Shown here piece by piece: positions 9,441-19,100 of a stretch of DNA of 61,838 nucleotides. The position numbers and the translations under genes were made by a program. The DNA lies in assembly GCA_016929805.1 (NCBI GenBank), contig JAFGIB010000113.1, forward strand, positions 1 through 61,838, written 5' to 3'. Each line of letters opens with the position of its first letter. Within the stretch, counting starts at the first letter, position 1. This DNA is from Deltaproteobacteria bacterium (GTDB lineage Bacteria; Myxococcota_A; Polyangia; Polyangiales; JAFGIB01). The notes beneath the pieces were generated by a model. It was not told where the DNA came from and searched no databases. It saw only the letters and a program-made list of their open reading frames with translations.

Positions 9441-10949
9441 TTACAGTTCGTCCCAAAAGTCGCATTCGTCGCGAAGAAAGCCCGACCCGGCTTCGATCGA
9501 GAATCCGATATTCATGTAGCTTTCGCTTTCAGTCTCAAAGCGCGGCCATTGTGGAAGCTCACCCCCGTTAGGGTTTCCGGTCTTGGCAAATTGCGTCCAG
9601 TAGTCTTTTAAGGCGGACGATACCACTTGCTCTTCGGGAAAGGCCCCGACGCCGAAGAGCAAGGCAAGCTCGGCCGCGTGAAATGCCCAACCCCAGCTAT
9701 AGTAGTAAAGATAAACATCGGCTCCAGCCTCGGTGAGCGCGCGAGCCGCGCGGCGGCAACTGCAGTTGAATGAACCATGGCTCATCATCGCGCTATACGC
9801 GTATTGAGGGGTAATATATTTGCTCACGGGGTAGAGCGACAGCAACTCGTCCGCGTTCTCGGGGTACGTGGTTTCGATTCGATCTATATATTGTTCTTCC
9901 GTCATATCGACTAGATCCAGCACAAATCCTAACCCCTCCAGACTATTGGAACCGACCATGGTTGGAACCAGATTGATCTCCCTATTTTTTATTGCAGTTA
10001 AAAATTCCTTTTCGAATACGACGCCGTCAAAGCACGGTCGATAACTTGCAACAATCGGCGCGTTGAGCAATTGGTCAAAGGAGAGCGATCGCAGACAATC
10101 GACGACATCGGGTTCGGTATCGCAGGCGAGCGCCGCGGCCAGCCTTTCACCCTGAGCTTCGGCATCCTCGAGGGTTTTGACTCCACGTCCGAACAAATTA
10201 CCGCTTTGCATGATAGCGCGATGAAACAAGCCCGCGCTACGACTCGACCAGAGCTGAGAAGCAACCGCCGCACCGCCGGCGGATTCGCCGAAGATAGTGA
10301 CATTATCCGGATCGCCGCCGAAAGCTTCGATATTGTCACGCACCCATTCAAGCGCGAATCGTTGGTCTTCGATCCCGTAATTTCCCGACGTGCCGCCGCC
10401 CTCTTCCGTCAACGCGGGGTGCGCGAGAAAACCGAGCACGCCCAAGCGGTAGTTGACGGCGACGACGATGACATCGCGAGTCGGTAAAAACGCCTCGGCG
10501 AGGTAACCCGACCCCGCGGTATATCCGCCGCCGTGAATCCAAACCATAACCGGAAGCAGACCGTCCGGCGCCTTAATCGGCGTCCAAACGTCGAGCGTGA
10601 GACACGCCTCATCGCCGATTATACCGGTTACGACTTCCTCGGAAAACTGCGGACACAACGTGGGAACGGGTTCCGGCGGTTCGCTCCATTTTTTTGGAGG
10701 TTGTGGCGCCGCGAATCGCAACGCTCCTACCGGCGGCGCGGCATAGGCGATCCCGCGAAATATTCGGGAACTGTCCCCGATCACGCCACGTACAGGACCG
10801 TACTCGGTTTCGACCAATAAAGGTATTTCTGCGAAAGATTCTTCGCCGACCGCCGCGTCTTGCTCCTCTCGCGGGCATTCGGTTTTGCTGCACGACGCCC
10901 AATTCAGAAGACAAAGAGCGACGAGCGCTGTTGAAGTCGTTTTCATCAC
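9441..10949 (-). CDS. type-B carboxylesterase/lipase (PnbA-like), probable lipoprotein
   Basis: Oxyanion block VWIHGGGYTAGSG, nucleophile elbow FGESAGG, and EDQRFALEWVRDNIEAFGGDP. The N-terminus MMKTTSTALVALCLLNWASC is lipoprotein-signal-like. AAAGGAGAAAG lies upstream. Confidence 0.85.
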   Translation of the reverse strand: MMKTTSTALVALCLLNWASCSKTECPREEQDAAVGEESFAEIPLLVETEYGPVRGVIGDSSRIFRGIAYAAPPVGALRFAAPQPPKKWSEPPEPVPTLCPQFSEEVVTGIIGDEACLTLDVWTPIKAPDGLLPVMVWIHGGGYTAGSGYLAEAFLPTRDVIVVAVNYRLGVLGFLAHPALTEEGGGTSGNYGIEDQRFALEWVRDNIEAFGGDPDNVTIFGESAGGAAVASQLWSSRSAGLFHRAIMQSGNLFGRGVKTLEDAEAQGERLAAALACDTEPDVVDCLRSLSFDQLLNAPIVASYRPCFDGVVFEKEFLTAIKNREINLVPTMVGSNSLEGLGFVLDLVDMTEEQYIDRIETTYPENADELLSLYPVSKYITPQYAYSAMMSHGSFNCSCRRAARALTEAGADVYLYYYSWGWAFHAAELALLFGVGAFPEEQVVSSALKDYWTQFAKTGNPNGGELPQWPRFETESESYMNIGFSIEAGSGFLRDECDFWDEL

Positions 10950-11047
10950 TTTCTCCTTTTACGACCGAATATCACACTTGCGGCCGAGTGGGGAAGTGCA
11001 GACGGGGGTCTAAAGAGAGAGAGACGTACAGCGGATAAAGGTTTCTC

Positions 11048-13057
11048 TTACGTCCCGATCAGCGCCGCTACCTTTCCCATCAACTGGTCTAGGGAAAAAG
11101 GCTTACGAAGAAAATTCACGGTAGGGTCGAGCACGCCGCGCTCGACCACGACTTGTTCGCTGTATCCGGAAACAAAGAGGATTTTCACCGCCGGTTCGAT
11201 CGATGTAAGCCGTTCGGTAAGATCTCTTACGCTCATTCCGGGCATGACCACGTCACTGAGCACAACGTCGATATCGCGATGATGGGTCTGATAAAGCTTT
11301 ACTCCTTTGTCCGGATTGTCCGCCGTATGTACTCTGTATCCTCCATCCTCGAGGATCATTTTCGTGGTCTCGCGCACGTTGGGGTCGTCCTCGATAAGTA
11401 GAACGGCCCTTTCGCTCCGTCGCGCCTCAGCGGCGGGTTTTCCCTCTTGCTGTACCGCGACGGCCTCGCCCTCGACTCGCGGTAGATAGATGGTAAACAC
11501 CGTTCCCACGCCGCGTCGGCTTTCGAGCTGAATCTCGCCTCCGCTCTGCTTGACCGCTCCATACACGGTCGACAGCCCAAGCCCCGTGCCCTTACCCGGC
11601 TCTTTGGTGGTATAAAAGGGCTCGAACGCGCGGCGCTGCGTGGCCTCGTCCATGCCGTAACCCGTGTCCGCCACCGATAGCGTCACGTACGGTCCCGGCG
11701 CCGGCGAAACCATTCTGGATTCGGTGTTTTGATCGACTAACCGGTTTGCGGTCCGCAGCGTAACCGTGCCGCCTTCGGGCATGGCGTCGCGCGCGTTGAG
11801 AACCAGATTGACGATGACTCTCTGTACCTGCGCCGGATCGATACGCACGGCGTCCAGCTTTTCCTCCAGCTCGTAGCAAAACGCGATCTTATTCCCCACC
11901 GCGGTCGCGAGCATGGGATGTAGCTCGCGCAGCGCGCGATTGAGGTCCAATACAACCGGCTCGACGATCTGTTTTCTGCTAAAAGCCAGAAGCTGCTGGG
12001 TCAAGCTCGCCGAATGCTCAGCCGCGAGCCTGATCAGGTTGACTTTTTCCATCCGGGGATCGTTCTCCTGCAGCGAGCGCCGAAGCATTTCCGTGGAGTT
12101 AAGGATCACCATCAGTTGATTGTTGAAATCGTGAGCCATGCCGCCGGCAAGTCGGCCCACGGCCTCCATTTTTTGCGATTCTAGAAGCCTTTCCTCGAGC
12201 TTTTTACGCTTGCCGATATCTCGCGTGATGACTTGGATCGCGAGCGGCTTTCCCTCGCTTTCGATGCACGATACGTAAACCTCTATCCAACGCCGCTCTT
12301 TGTTAACATCGACTATCTCGAGCTCAACCGGACCAATACGTTTGCCGGCTACCAACTCCGCCAGCAAGAGCTCGCCATACTCGGAGTATTCCGGCGGTAG
12401 CACACCGATATCGGTAAAGCGTCGGCCCAAGATTCGCTCGGCAGGCAATCCGTAGAACTCCTTACCTTCCAGCACCCGCCCCTTTAGATCGAGAATGGTG
12501 ATCGAATCGGGTAAGCCACCGAACAACGCGCGATATTTTTGCTTGCTTTCGATCAGCGCTTGCGCCGTTTTCACGCGGTCGGTTATGTCTGAAAGAATCA
12601 CGACCACCGTCGGAGACGCCTCACGGCCGAGATGGGCGACCGTCACGCGGACCCATATTTCGTAACCTTGTTTATGACGCGCGCGCAGATCTCCTATCGT
12701 TTCTTTTCCGATGTCAAGAATTGAGTCCAGGGTCCAAGGGACGCTCTGTTCTATACGCGGGCTCAACAACTCCCCGAAAGGCTTTCCCACAAGCTCTTCG
12801 GGCCGATATCCGAAAACGCTCACGCAGCGCGAGCTGATAAAAGTAATTCGCGCGCTGCCGTTGAGCTCGACCACCACATCCGGCAGATTATCCACGAGAT
12901 CGCGATAGCGATCGGCGAGCTGCTTGTTGCGTTGAAGCGCAACCGATTCATTCGCTCCCGCGACCAGTTTTGCTATACGGCGCCTTAGGCCGATGACCTC
13001 CTCAGCTATTCGCTGCTCGGTACGCGCCGCCTCTTTTACTTCCGAATACCTATCCAC
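11048..13057 (-). CDS. hybrid sensor histidine kinase (coiled coil, 2 PAS, HisKA, HATPase_c, C-terminal receiver)
   Basis: H-box GGMAHDFNNQL, N-box VNLVLNARDAM, G-boxes DTGYGMD and GKGTGLGLS, and a receiver with DVVLSDVVMPGMS. The two PAS-like segments each end in a DIT/DIG..R motif. GTG start. No TM segment, so the protein is cytoplasmic. Confidence 0.85.
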   Translation of the reverse strand: MDRYSEVKEAARTEQRIAEEVIGLRRRIAKLVAGANESVALQRNKQLADRYRDLVDNLPDVVVELNGSARITFISSRCVSVFGYRPEELVGKPFGELLSPRIEQSVPWTLDSILDIGKETIGDLRARHKQGYEIWVRVTVAHLGREASPTVVVILSDITDRVKTAQALIESKQKYRALFGGLPDSITILDLKGRVLEGKEFYGLPAERILGRRFTDIGVLPPEYSEYGELLLAELVAGKRIGPVELEIVDVNKERRWIEVYVSCIESEGKPLAIQVITRDIGKRKKLEERLLESQKMEAVGRLAGGMAHDFNNQLMVILNSTEMLRRSLQENDPRMEKVNLIRLAAEHSASLTQQLLAFSRKQIVEPVVLDLNRALRELHPMLATAVGNKIAFCYELEEKLDAVRIDPAQVQRVIVNLVLNARDAMPEGGTVTLRTANRLVDQNTESRMVSPAPGPYVTLSVADTGYGMDEATQRRAFEPFYTTKEPGKGTGLGLSTVYGAVKQSGGEIQLESRRGVGTVFTIYLPRVEGEAVAVQQEGKPAAEARRSERAVLLIEDDPNVRETTKMILEDGGYRVHTADNPDKGVKLYQTHHRDIDVVLSDVVMPGMSVRDLTERLTSIEPAVKILFVSGYSEQVVVERGVLDPTVNFLRKPFSLDQLMGKVAALIGT

Positions 13058-13116
13058 CTGAGCTATCTACCTACCCCGAAGCCTCGGTAACGGTTTGGTT
13101 TTCAAATAGAAAATAT

Positions 13117-13281
13117 CTAAAAGAGCGTGTAGATCAACGGTGTAGCGCTTCCTCCCAGCGTAACAATCGAGGCGACTCCGAGAAGGATAAGGGCAATCGG
13201 AATGAGCCACCACGCTTTGTTAGCCGCGGCGAATTCGCCTATCTCCCTTAATAACGCTAAGAGATATTTTAACCGCGTCAT
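13117..13281 (-). CDS. DUF5989 / SxtK-like small membrane protein (54 aa; not in the supplied ORF track)
   Basis: Hand translation of the minus strand gives MTRLKYLLALLREIGEFAAANKAWWLIPIALILLGVASIVTLGGSATPLIYTLF*. It has one TM helix after a KxWW motif and the family-typical C-terminal ..P(L/F)IYTLF. The ATG at 13281 lies 8 nt after the carbamoyltransferase stop. Confidence 0.75.
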   Translation of the reverse strand: MTRLKYLLALLREIGEFAAANKAWWLIPIALILLGVASIVTLGGSATPLIYTLF

Positions 13282-13289
13282 GACCAGCC

Positions 13290-15074
13290 TTAAAGTCCCG
13301 GTTTAGTAAGTAAATAGCAGTCGAGAACGAGATGGTCAATACCCGTCTTCATGAAGCAGCGGTAAGCCTCTTGGGGCCGGCATACAATCGGCTCGCCGCG
13401 AACGTTCAGCGAGGTATTGATCAACACCGCGCATCCGGTCAATTGGTGAAAGGCGCATAAAATTTGGTGAAATTTAGGGTTTCTTTTTTGAGAAACCGTT
13501 TGCACCCGCGCTGAATAGTCGAGATGGGTCACCGCCGGAATGTCCGAACGCTCCCGCGCCAGGCGCTCTTGAAGCGACGCGGCCGGATCGTCCGGCTCTG
13601 CCGCGGAGCGGCGCTCGGGGACGATCCGCGCGGTGAACAACATGTACGGAGAGGGTTGTATCAGGTCGAAATACTCGTTGGCGAATTCCTCGAGCACGGC
13701 CGGGGCAAAAGGGCGAAATGACTCGCGAAACTTGATGCGTTTATTGATTCTGGCCGGCGCGTCGACCGCACGCGGGTCCGCCAGTATCGATCGGTTGCCG
13801 AGGGCGCGCGGCCCGAACTCCATCCGTCCTTGAAACAAGGCGACGATGCGCCCGTTCGCGAGCAACCGCGCGATACGCAACGCCCAATCCTCGGCCTGAA
13901 GCACTTCGTAATCGCAGCCCTCGCCGCGCAAAAAGGTTTCGATTTCTTGAGGCGAAAACTCGGGTCCGAGGTAGCACCCCTTCATCGTATCGTTAACCCC
14001 GTCCGCCTGACGGGGCCGGTTTTGTAGCTGATGCCAGACCGTCAAAGCGGCGCCCAGCGCCGCCCCCGCGTCGTGAGCCGCGGGCGCCACCCATACCTCT
14101 CTAAAAGGTCCTTGGCTCAGCAGCTTTCCGTTGGCCACGCAGTTCAACGCGACGCCGCCCGCCAAGCACAGCCGGTCTTTTCCCGTGATTTGGTGCGCGT
14201 ATCCTACGATGCGCTGGGCGATCTCCTCGGTTACGCCCTGAATCGAGCGCGCCACATCCATGGTATGCTGAGTGATGGGCGACTCGGGCCGGCGCGGAGG
14301 CGCTTCAAACAAGTCGTGAAACGCCTGATTGGTCATGGTCAAACCGCCGAGATAGTTGAAGTAACGCATATTCAGCCTGAAGGAGCCGTCCGGGTTGAGC
14401 GAAACCACATGGTCGAGAATGCGTCGCGCGTACCGCGGCTTGCCGTAAGGAGCGAGCCCCATCATCTTATACTCGTCTGAATTGACCTTGAATCCCGTAT
14501 AATAGGTGAACGCGGTGTATAACAGGCCGACCGAGTGGGGGAAGTTGTGCTCTTTTAGCAGGGTGATGCGGTTGTCTTCGCCCACGCCGATGGTGGCTGT
14601 CGGCCATTCTCCCACGCCGTCCAGGGTGACGATCGCGGCTTCTCGAAAGGGCGAGGGGAAGAACGCGCTCGCCGCGTGAGACTCGTGGTGCTCGGTGAAC
14701 AGAATCGACTCGGGTACTTCATATCCGAGATCTGTCAATACCTCGGAGATCTCCAGCCCGACCCAGAGGTTCTTTCGAACCCATTTGGGCATGGTCACGA
14801 GAAAGGCTTTCAGGCTCATCGGCGCCATCGCGAAGTGGGTCTTGAGAATCCGGACGAATTTATCGATCGGCTTGTCGTAAAAGACCACCGCGCCGATGCC
14901 GCCGCGCGCGACGCCCTGGCTTTGCAGGCAGTAGCGAATCGCGTTTCTGGGGAATGACTCATCGTGTTTTTTACGCGTGAAGCGTTCCTCCTGGACCGCC
15001 GCGACAACCTCCCCGTCGCGAACCAGACAGGCCGCGGAGTCGTGATAGTAGCTGCTGATGCCGAGAATGTTCAC
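13290..15074 (-). CDS. carbamoyltransferase (NodU/CmcH/SxtI family)
   Basis: 594 aa. The N-terminus MNILGISSYYHDSAACLVRDGEVVAAVQEERFTRKKHD is the characteristic ASKHA/Kae1-like start of NodU-family O-carbamoyltransferases. The C-terminal YrdC-like half is present (NTSLNVRGEPIV). Confidence 0.9.
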   Translation of the reverse strand: MNILGISSYYHDSAACLVRDGEVVAAVQEERFTRKKHDESFPRNAIRYCLQSQGVARGGIGAVVFYDKPIDKFVRILKTHFAMAPMSLKAFLVTMPKWVRKNLWVGLEISEVLTDLGYEVPESILFTEHHESHAASAFFPSPFREAAIVTLDGVGEWPTATIGVGEDNRITLLKEHNFPHSVGLLYTAFTYYTGFKVNSDEYKMMGLAPYGKPRYARRILDHVVSLNPDGSFRLNMRYFNYLGGLTMTNQAFHDLFEAPPRRPESPITQHTMDVARSIQGVTEEIAQRIVGYAHQITGKDRLCLAGGVALNCVANGKLLSQGPFREVWVAPAAHDAGAALGAALTVWHQLQNRPRQADGVNDTMKGCYLGPEFSPQEIETFLRGEGCDYEVLQAEDWALRIARLLANGRIVALFQGRMEFGPRALGNRSILADPRAVDAPARINKRIKFRESFRPFAPAVLEEFANEYFDLIQPSPYMLFTARIVPERRSAAEPDDPAASLQERLARERSDIPAVTHLDYSARVQTVSQKRNPKFHQILCAFHQLTGCAVLINTSLNVRGEPIVCRPQEAYRCFMKTGIDHLVLDCYLLTKPGL

Positions 15075-15487
15075 TCGGCCGCCTTTTCGGCCCCGCCGTC
15101 CGCGTGGGGGCGGGTGTAGGATTTACGATAAAGCAGCGGATCTTGTCCGTAGTTGATGCGGTCGAGCCAATTCGTCTTTCCGCGCGTGGGGAATCCGCGG
15201 TCGAGCAGATCGATACGAAGCGCTCGAAGCAGCAGGCCTCCGGGGAAAAAGATCGCGAAATATACAACCGTCAACAAGCACAGGCCGATGATGGTGCCGA
15301 CCCAGGCTCCGGCTCGTTTGCCTATCTCTTGAAAGGTATGAAGCGCGTTCGGCGCGGCCAAGGCCAGCGCCGCGATTGCGACGGTCAATAAGCTCACAAT
15401 GCTAGCCGCGATATCGTGGCCGAAATAAAAAAGGACAACGCCGGCGGCCGCCATGATCGCGAGCTGAATTATGGTGTACCGGGTCAT
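15071..15487 (-). CDS. SxtJ-family small membrane protein
   Basis: 138 aa, three hydrophobic helices, then ..FFPGGLLLRALRIDLLDRGF...TNWLDR. This matches my recollection of the SxtJ family that accompanies NodU-type carbamoyltransferases. 4-nt start/stop overlaps on both sides. Confidence 0.65.
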   Translation of the reverse strand: MTRYTIIQLAIMAAAGVVLFYFGHDIAASIVSLLTVAIAALALAAPNALHTFQEIGKRAGAWVGTIIGLCLLTVVYFAIFFPGGLLLRALRIDLLDRGFPTRGKTNWLDRINYGQDPLLYRKSYTRPHADGGAEKAAE

Positions 15488-16035
15488 TCGCGGTTCGAAG
15501 GGTCGCTTTCTTTGTTTTTTAGTACCTCATGTTCCAGGATGAAGCTCGTGACAAGCTCGGCTTCTAGCGCGGTGCCGGCCTCGTTCGCGTGGATGCCGTC
15601 AAAACCCCAATAGGCGGGATCGGTGGGAAAGAGATGAGCGAGATCGAGCAAAGGGAGGTTAAGGGATTTTGCGAGATTCCTCAGTATATCGTTGTGCTCG
15701 TCCACCGCCTGCCTAATCCCCTCGATATCGCAATAGCCGTGTATCTCAGCGGTATAGGGGAAGGTCATCACCATGACTCTCACGCTTCGATTGAGCGCTT
15801 GGCGCAGCAGATCCTCGGTGTTGCGCCGGTAGTTCTCCGAGGAATTCGTCTTGAGCATTTTGGCTATCGGGACCTTCCTAAAGATGCCGCTTGGATACTT
15901 TCCGGTGTAGCGCTGCTTGGCGAACTCGAAAAAGTAAGAGGTCGGGGCCTGGTTGTAGACCTTAACGTTGCAAAAAATCCGTCGGCGTAAAGCGCTTCGC
16001 TCGCGAAAAATAGCGCGAACTAAGCGCGTGCTCAC
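15484..16035 (-). CDS. SGNH/GDSL-hydrolase-like protein lacking the N-terminal catalytic block (possible remnant)
   Basis: 183 aa. A block V-like motif is present (FDGIHANEAGTALEA, i.e. DxxH), but no GDS(L) Ser block. An in-frame TGA lies four codons upstream of the GTG start, so the ORF cannot extend. The stop overlaps the sxtJ-like start by 4 nt. Confidence 0.4.
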   Translation of the reverse strand: MSTRLVRAIFRERSALRRRIFCNVKVYNQAPTSYFFEFAKQRYTGKYPSGIFRKVPIAKMLKTNSSENYRRNTEDLLRQALNRSVRVMVMTFPYTAEIHGYCDIEGIRQAVDEHNDILRNLAKSLNLPLLDLAHLFPTDPAYWGFDGIHANEAGTALEAELVTSFILEHEVLKNKESDPSNRE

Positions 16036-16185
16036 TTTATTTGTACCTCACTTAGGGTGCACAAAGCTCGGGCCCAAAAAAAGTTCCGCGCGCCCTTATT
16101 TCATCGCTTTTTTTTGTTTCCGCTCGACCTTTTTTGCAACGTTAAGGTTCACATGGACCGGCGCTCGAGCGCTCCTTGACAACAA

Positions 16186-19100
16186 CTACTCGAAGCTCAT
16201 GCCTCGGACATCTCCGCAATCATAGTCGGCCGGTATGCTCTTGATGATAAAGGTCGACGACTCGATGGTCTGAGTGTCTTGCGGTTGGTTGTCGTAAAAG
16301 AGTACTTCGAAATCATTGCAAGCCTGATCGGGGCAATCCGAATACTCTTCTTTCTGTTCGCAACGAACACAACTGTGGAAACGCACCTGAGCTAGAAATT
16401 GCCCCGCGTTCTTTCCGGTATTGGGACCGATCACGTCGCCCTCTATCAAGCCGCAATCTCTGATAGTGCCCGAAAGCTGGCTAAGCAGGCGGGTTCCGAT
16501 GTGAAAGCGCTTTACGAGCTCCGCCCAACTCGAAGGAAACCACCAGTAGGGACTCCTGTCGGCCGATGGGTCTGACCTCGGACAAGCGGGCGAGGTCGCA
16601 CCGTATTCAAACGGCGGATCCACGGAGAGCGAGCCCGAGCCACCGGGCGGCACGACGTAGCTCGTGACCGCGGGAGCGCTATCGTTGTCGTGATTGGCCC
16701 AGGCAGCGCCGTTGACTCGCGTTCCCCCTCCGCCCGCGATGTTTCTCCGGCTGGGTGGCCATTCGCCAAAGGGATCGTCCAAAGAGATTCCCACCAACGA
16801 GGCCGTCAAGGGAGTTAAGAAAGGTTGATCAGCGAAAGCGAGAGGCAGGCTCATTTCCGCCACGCTCGTAGGTAAAATAGGCGGAATCGGATAGGCCTGA
16901 ATCGGTGTAAATTGCGCGAAAGCGGGCTGTACGATCGAGTTGGTTGGACCATAAATGGGGTTACCCTCGCTACACAGATCCGCGACCGTGCCCCCGCACT
17001 GAATGGTTTCGATCCGCAGCGTCCCGTCCGGCAGGTAGTTCTGGTTGAGAATCGCCCACGAAAGATTGGTATCCTCGCCGTCCTCGATGTAATCGATATC
17101 CTCCCAGGACGCGAGCGTCTCGATGCGAATGGCGTATGTCCCGTTGAAATTACAGCCGCAGGTCGGGCCGTCGCCGGCGTCGACCTCCATGTACATCGGC
17201 TCGATGCAGCTACAGGTGTACACTCCCGGCTCCGGTTGTAGGCATGCCGACGCTCGGCCGTCGCTTATGCCGCATGGGTCATTCGCGCACTCGTTGATAT
17301 CGGTACAACCGGTCCCGCTGACCTTGCCGTCTCCCTTAAAGCCGAAGTTACAGGTGCATTCGTAGTCACCGGGATCATTCGACGGGTCGTTACAGACGGC
17401 GTTCTCGTCGCACAGCGCGGGGACAACGGTGCATTCGTTCGTGTTCGGCACGCAATATCCATTCACGTCGAAATAGTTCTCTTCGCAAACACAGCTTTTC
17501 GGCGGACCCGGATTACAAGAGGTGGAATTCGGCCCGCAGGTGTTGCCGTCCCCCGTACAGTCGCCCTCGCTACAAAAGGCGGTCTCGGTGCAAGGGTTAT
17601 TATCGTTACACGGCGCCGAGTTGTGATCGTAATGACAGGGGTCGCCGTCCGTGTCCGTGGGGTCGCAACGGTTATCGGTGCAGATGTCGCTGTCGTCGCA
17701 AACGCGCGGTTTGGTGTCTTTACACTCTCCGTATACGCAACGGTCGTCCACGGTGCAGGGATTGCCGTCGTCGCATTCGCCTTCAATATTCTCCACCGTA
17801 CAGCCCGTATTCGGATCGCAACCATCATTAGTGCAGGGGTTTTCGTCGTCGCAGACGCGCGTTTGTCCTCCGACGCACGCGCCGTCCACACAACTTTCGC
17901 CTACCGTACAGGCATCTCCGTCCTCGCATTCCGCGGTATTGTCGGTGAAGTAGCAGGGGTCGCCGTCGGTGTCGGAAGGGTCACAGTGATTGTCGGTACA
18001 GGGATTGCCGTCGTCGCAAACGATAGACAATAGGCCGACACAGCGTCCATCGTGGCAACCGCTGCCGCCTTCCTCGGGAGCGGGGGTGCAGGCGTTGCCG
18101 TCGTCGCAGGGCGTGTCATCGGGTTTATCGTCGTAGACGCATCCCTCGACGTCATCACAGCTATCCTCGGTGCATTCGTTTTCGTCGTCGCAATCGGGCT
18201 CGTCGCCGCCGACACACTCGCCGTCATCGCAGGTGTCGTCGGTCGTGCAGGCGTCGCCGTCGTCGCACGAATCCTCGTTGTTCTCGTACTCACAGCCGGA
18301 ATCGGGATCGCAACTATCGTCGGTGCATGGGTTGTCGTCATCGCAGTCGACGGCATCTCCCACGCACTCGCCATCCTCGCAAGCGTCGTCGACGGTGCAG
18401 GCGTTATCGTCGTCGCATTCATCGGTGTTGTTTTGATACACGCATCCCGATCCGCTGTCGCAGCTATCATCGGTGCAGGGATTGCCGTCGTCGCAATCGG
18501 GCGCTCGGCCGCCCACGCAGCTTCCCGCGACACAGCTATCGCTCGCCGTACAGGCGTTTCCATCTTCGCAGCCACTTCCATCTTCCGCCGCCGGATAGAC
18601 GCAGGTACGGCCGTCGGCGCAGCTTGCGCCTCGGCTTGTCTCACATTCGCCCGGCCGGTCACAGGCGACGGCGCAGCAGACGCCCGAGACGCAATGGCCG
18701 TTGACGCAATCCGAGTTCAGCCGGCATTGGGTTCCGTCGTTGGCCAGGCACTTTCCCGATACCTCGCTGTACCCCGCGGCGCATTTACACTGCTTGCCGT
18801 CGCCGCTATAGGCCGCCGGCGGACAAGCGCAATCATAGCCGCCCTCGGTATTGGTACAGATCGCGTTCTCAGCGCAATCGTCTAAATCCTCGGCGCACTC
18901 GTCGATATCCTCGCATTTAGAACCGTCCTGGTTTACGTCCCGGTAGCCCGGCGGGCAGACGCAAATCGCGTCGCCCTCGCTATCGTCGCATTCAGCCGGC
19001 TTCTCGCACTCGATCTCGTCGCAGCTCACCGCGTCCTCGCCCGCGCAACCGCCGCCAACGACCGTAATCAGAGCAAGGGGCGTCATAAAGAGCACGAGCT

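Noticed and set aside
17623-18885. Long ORFs in other frames and on the opposite strand over the cysteine-repeat gene (e.g. 18052..18885 +, 17901..18662 -, 17463..17891 -, 17623..18033 +).
   Set aside because: Their translations are low-complexity Ala/Thr/Val/Arg strings with no motifs. They arise because the GAC/TGC/GGC-rich repeat lacks stop codons in several frames. The minus-strand frame encoding the EGF and Cys repeats is clearly the real one.
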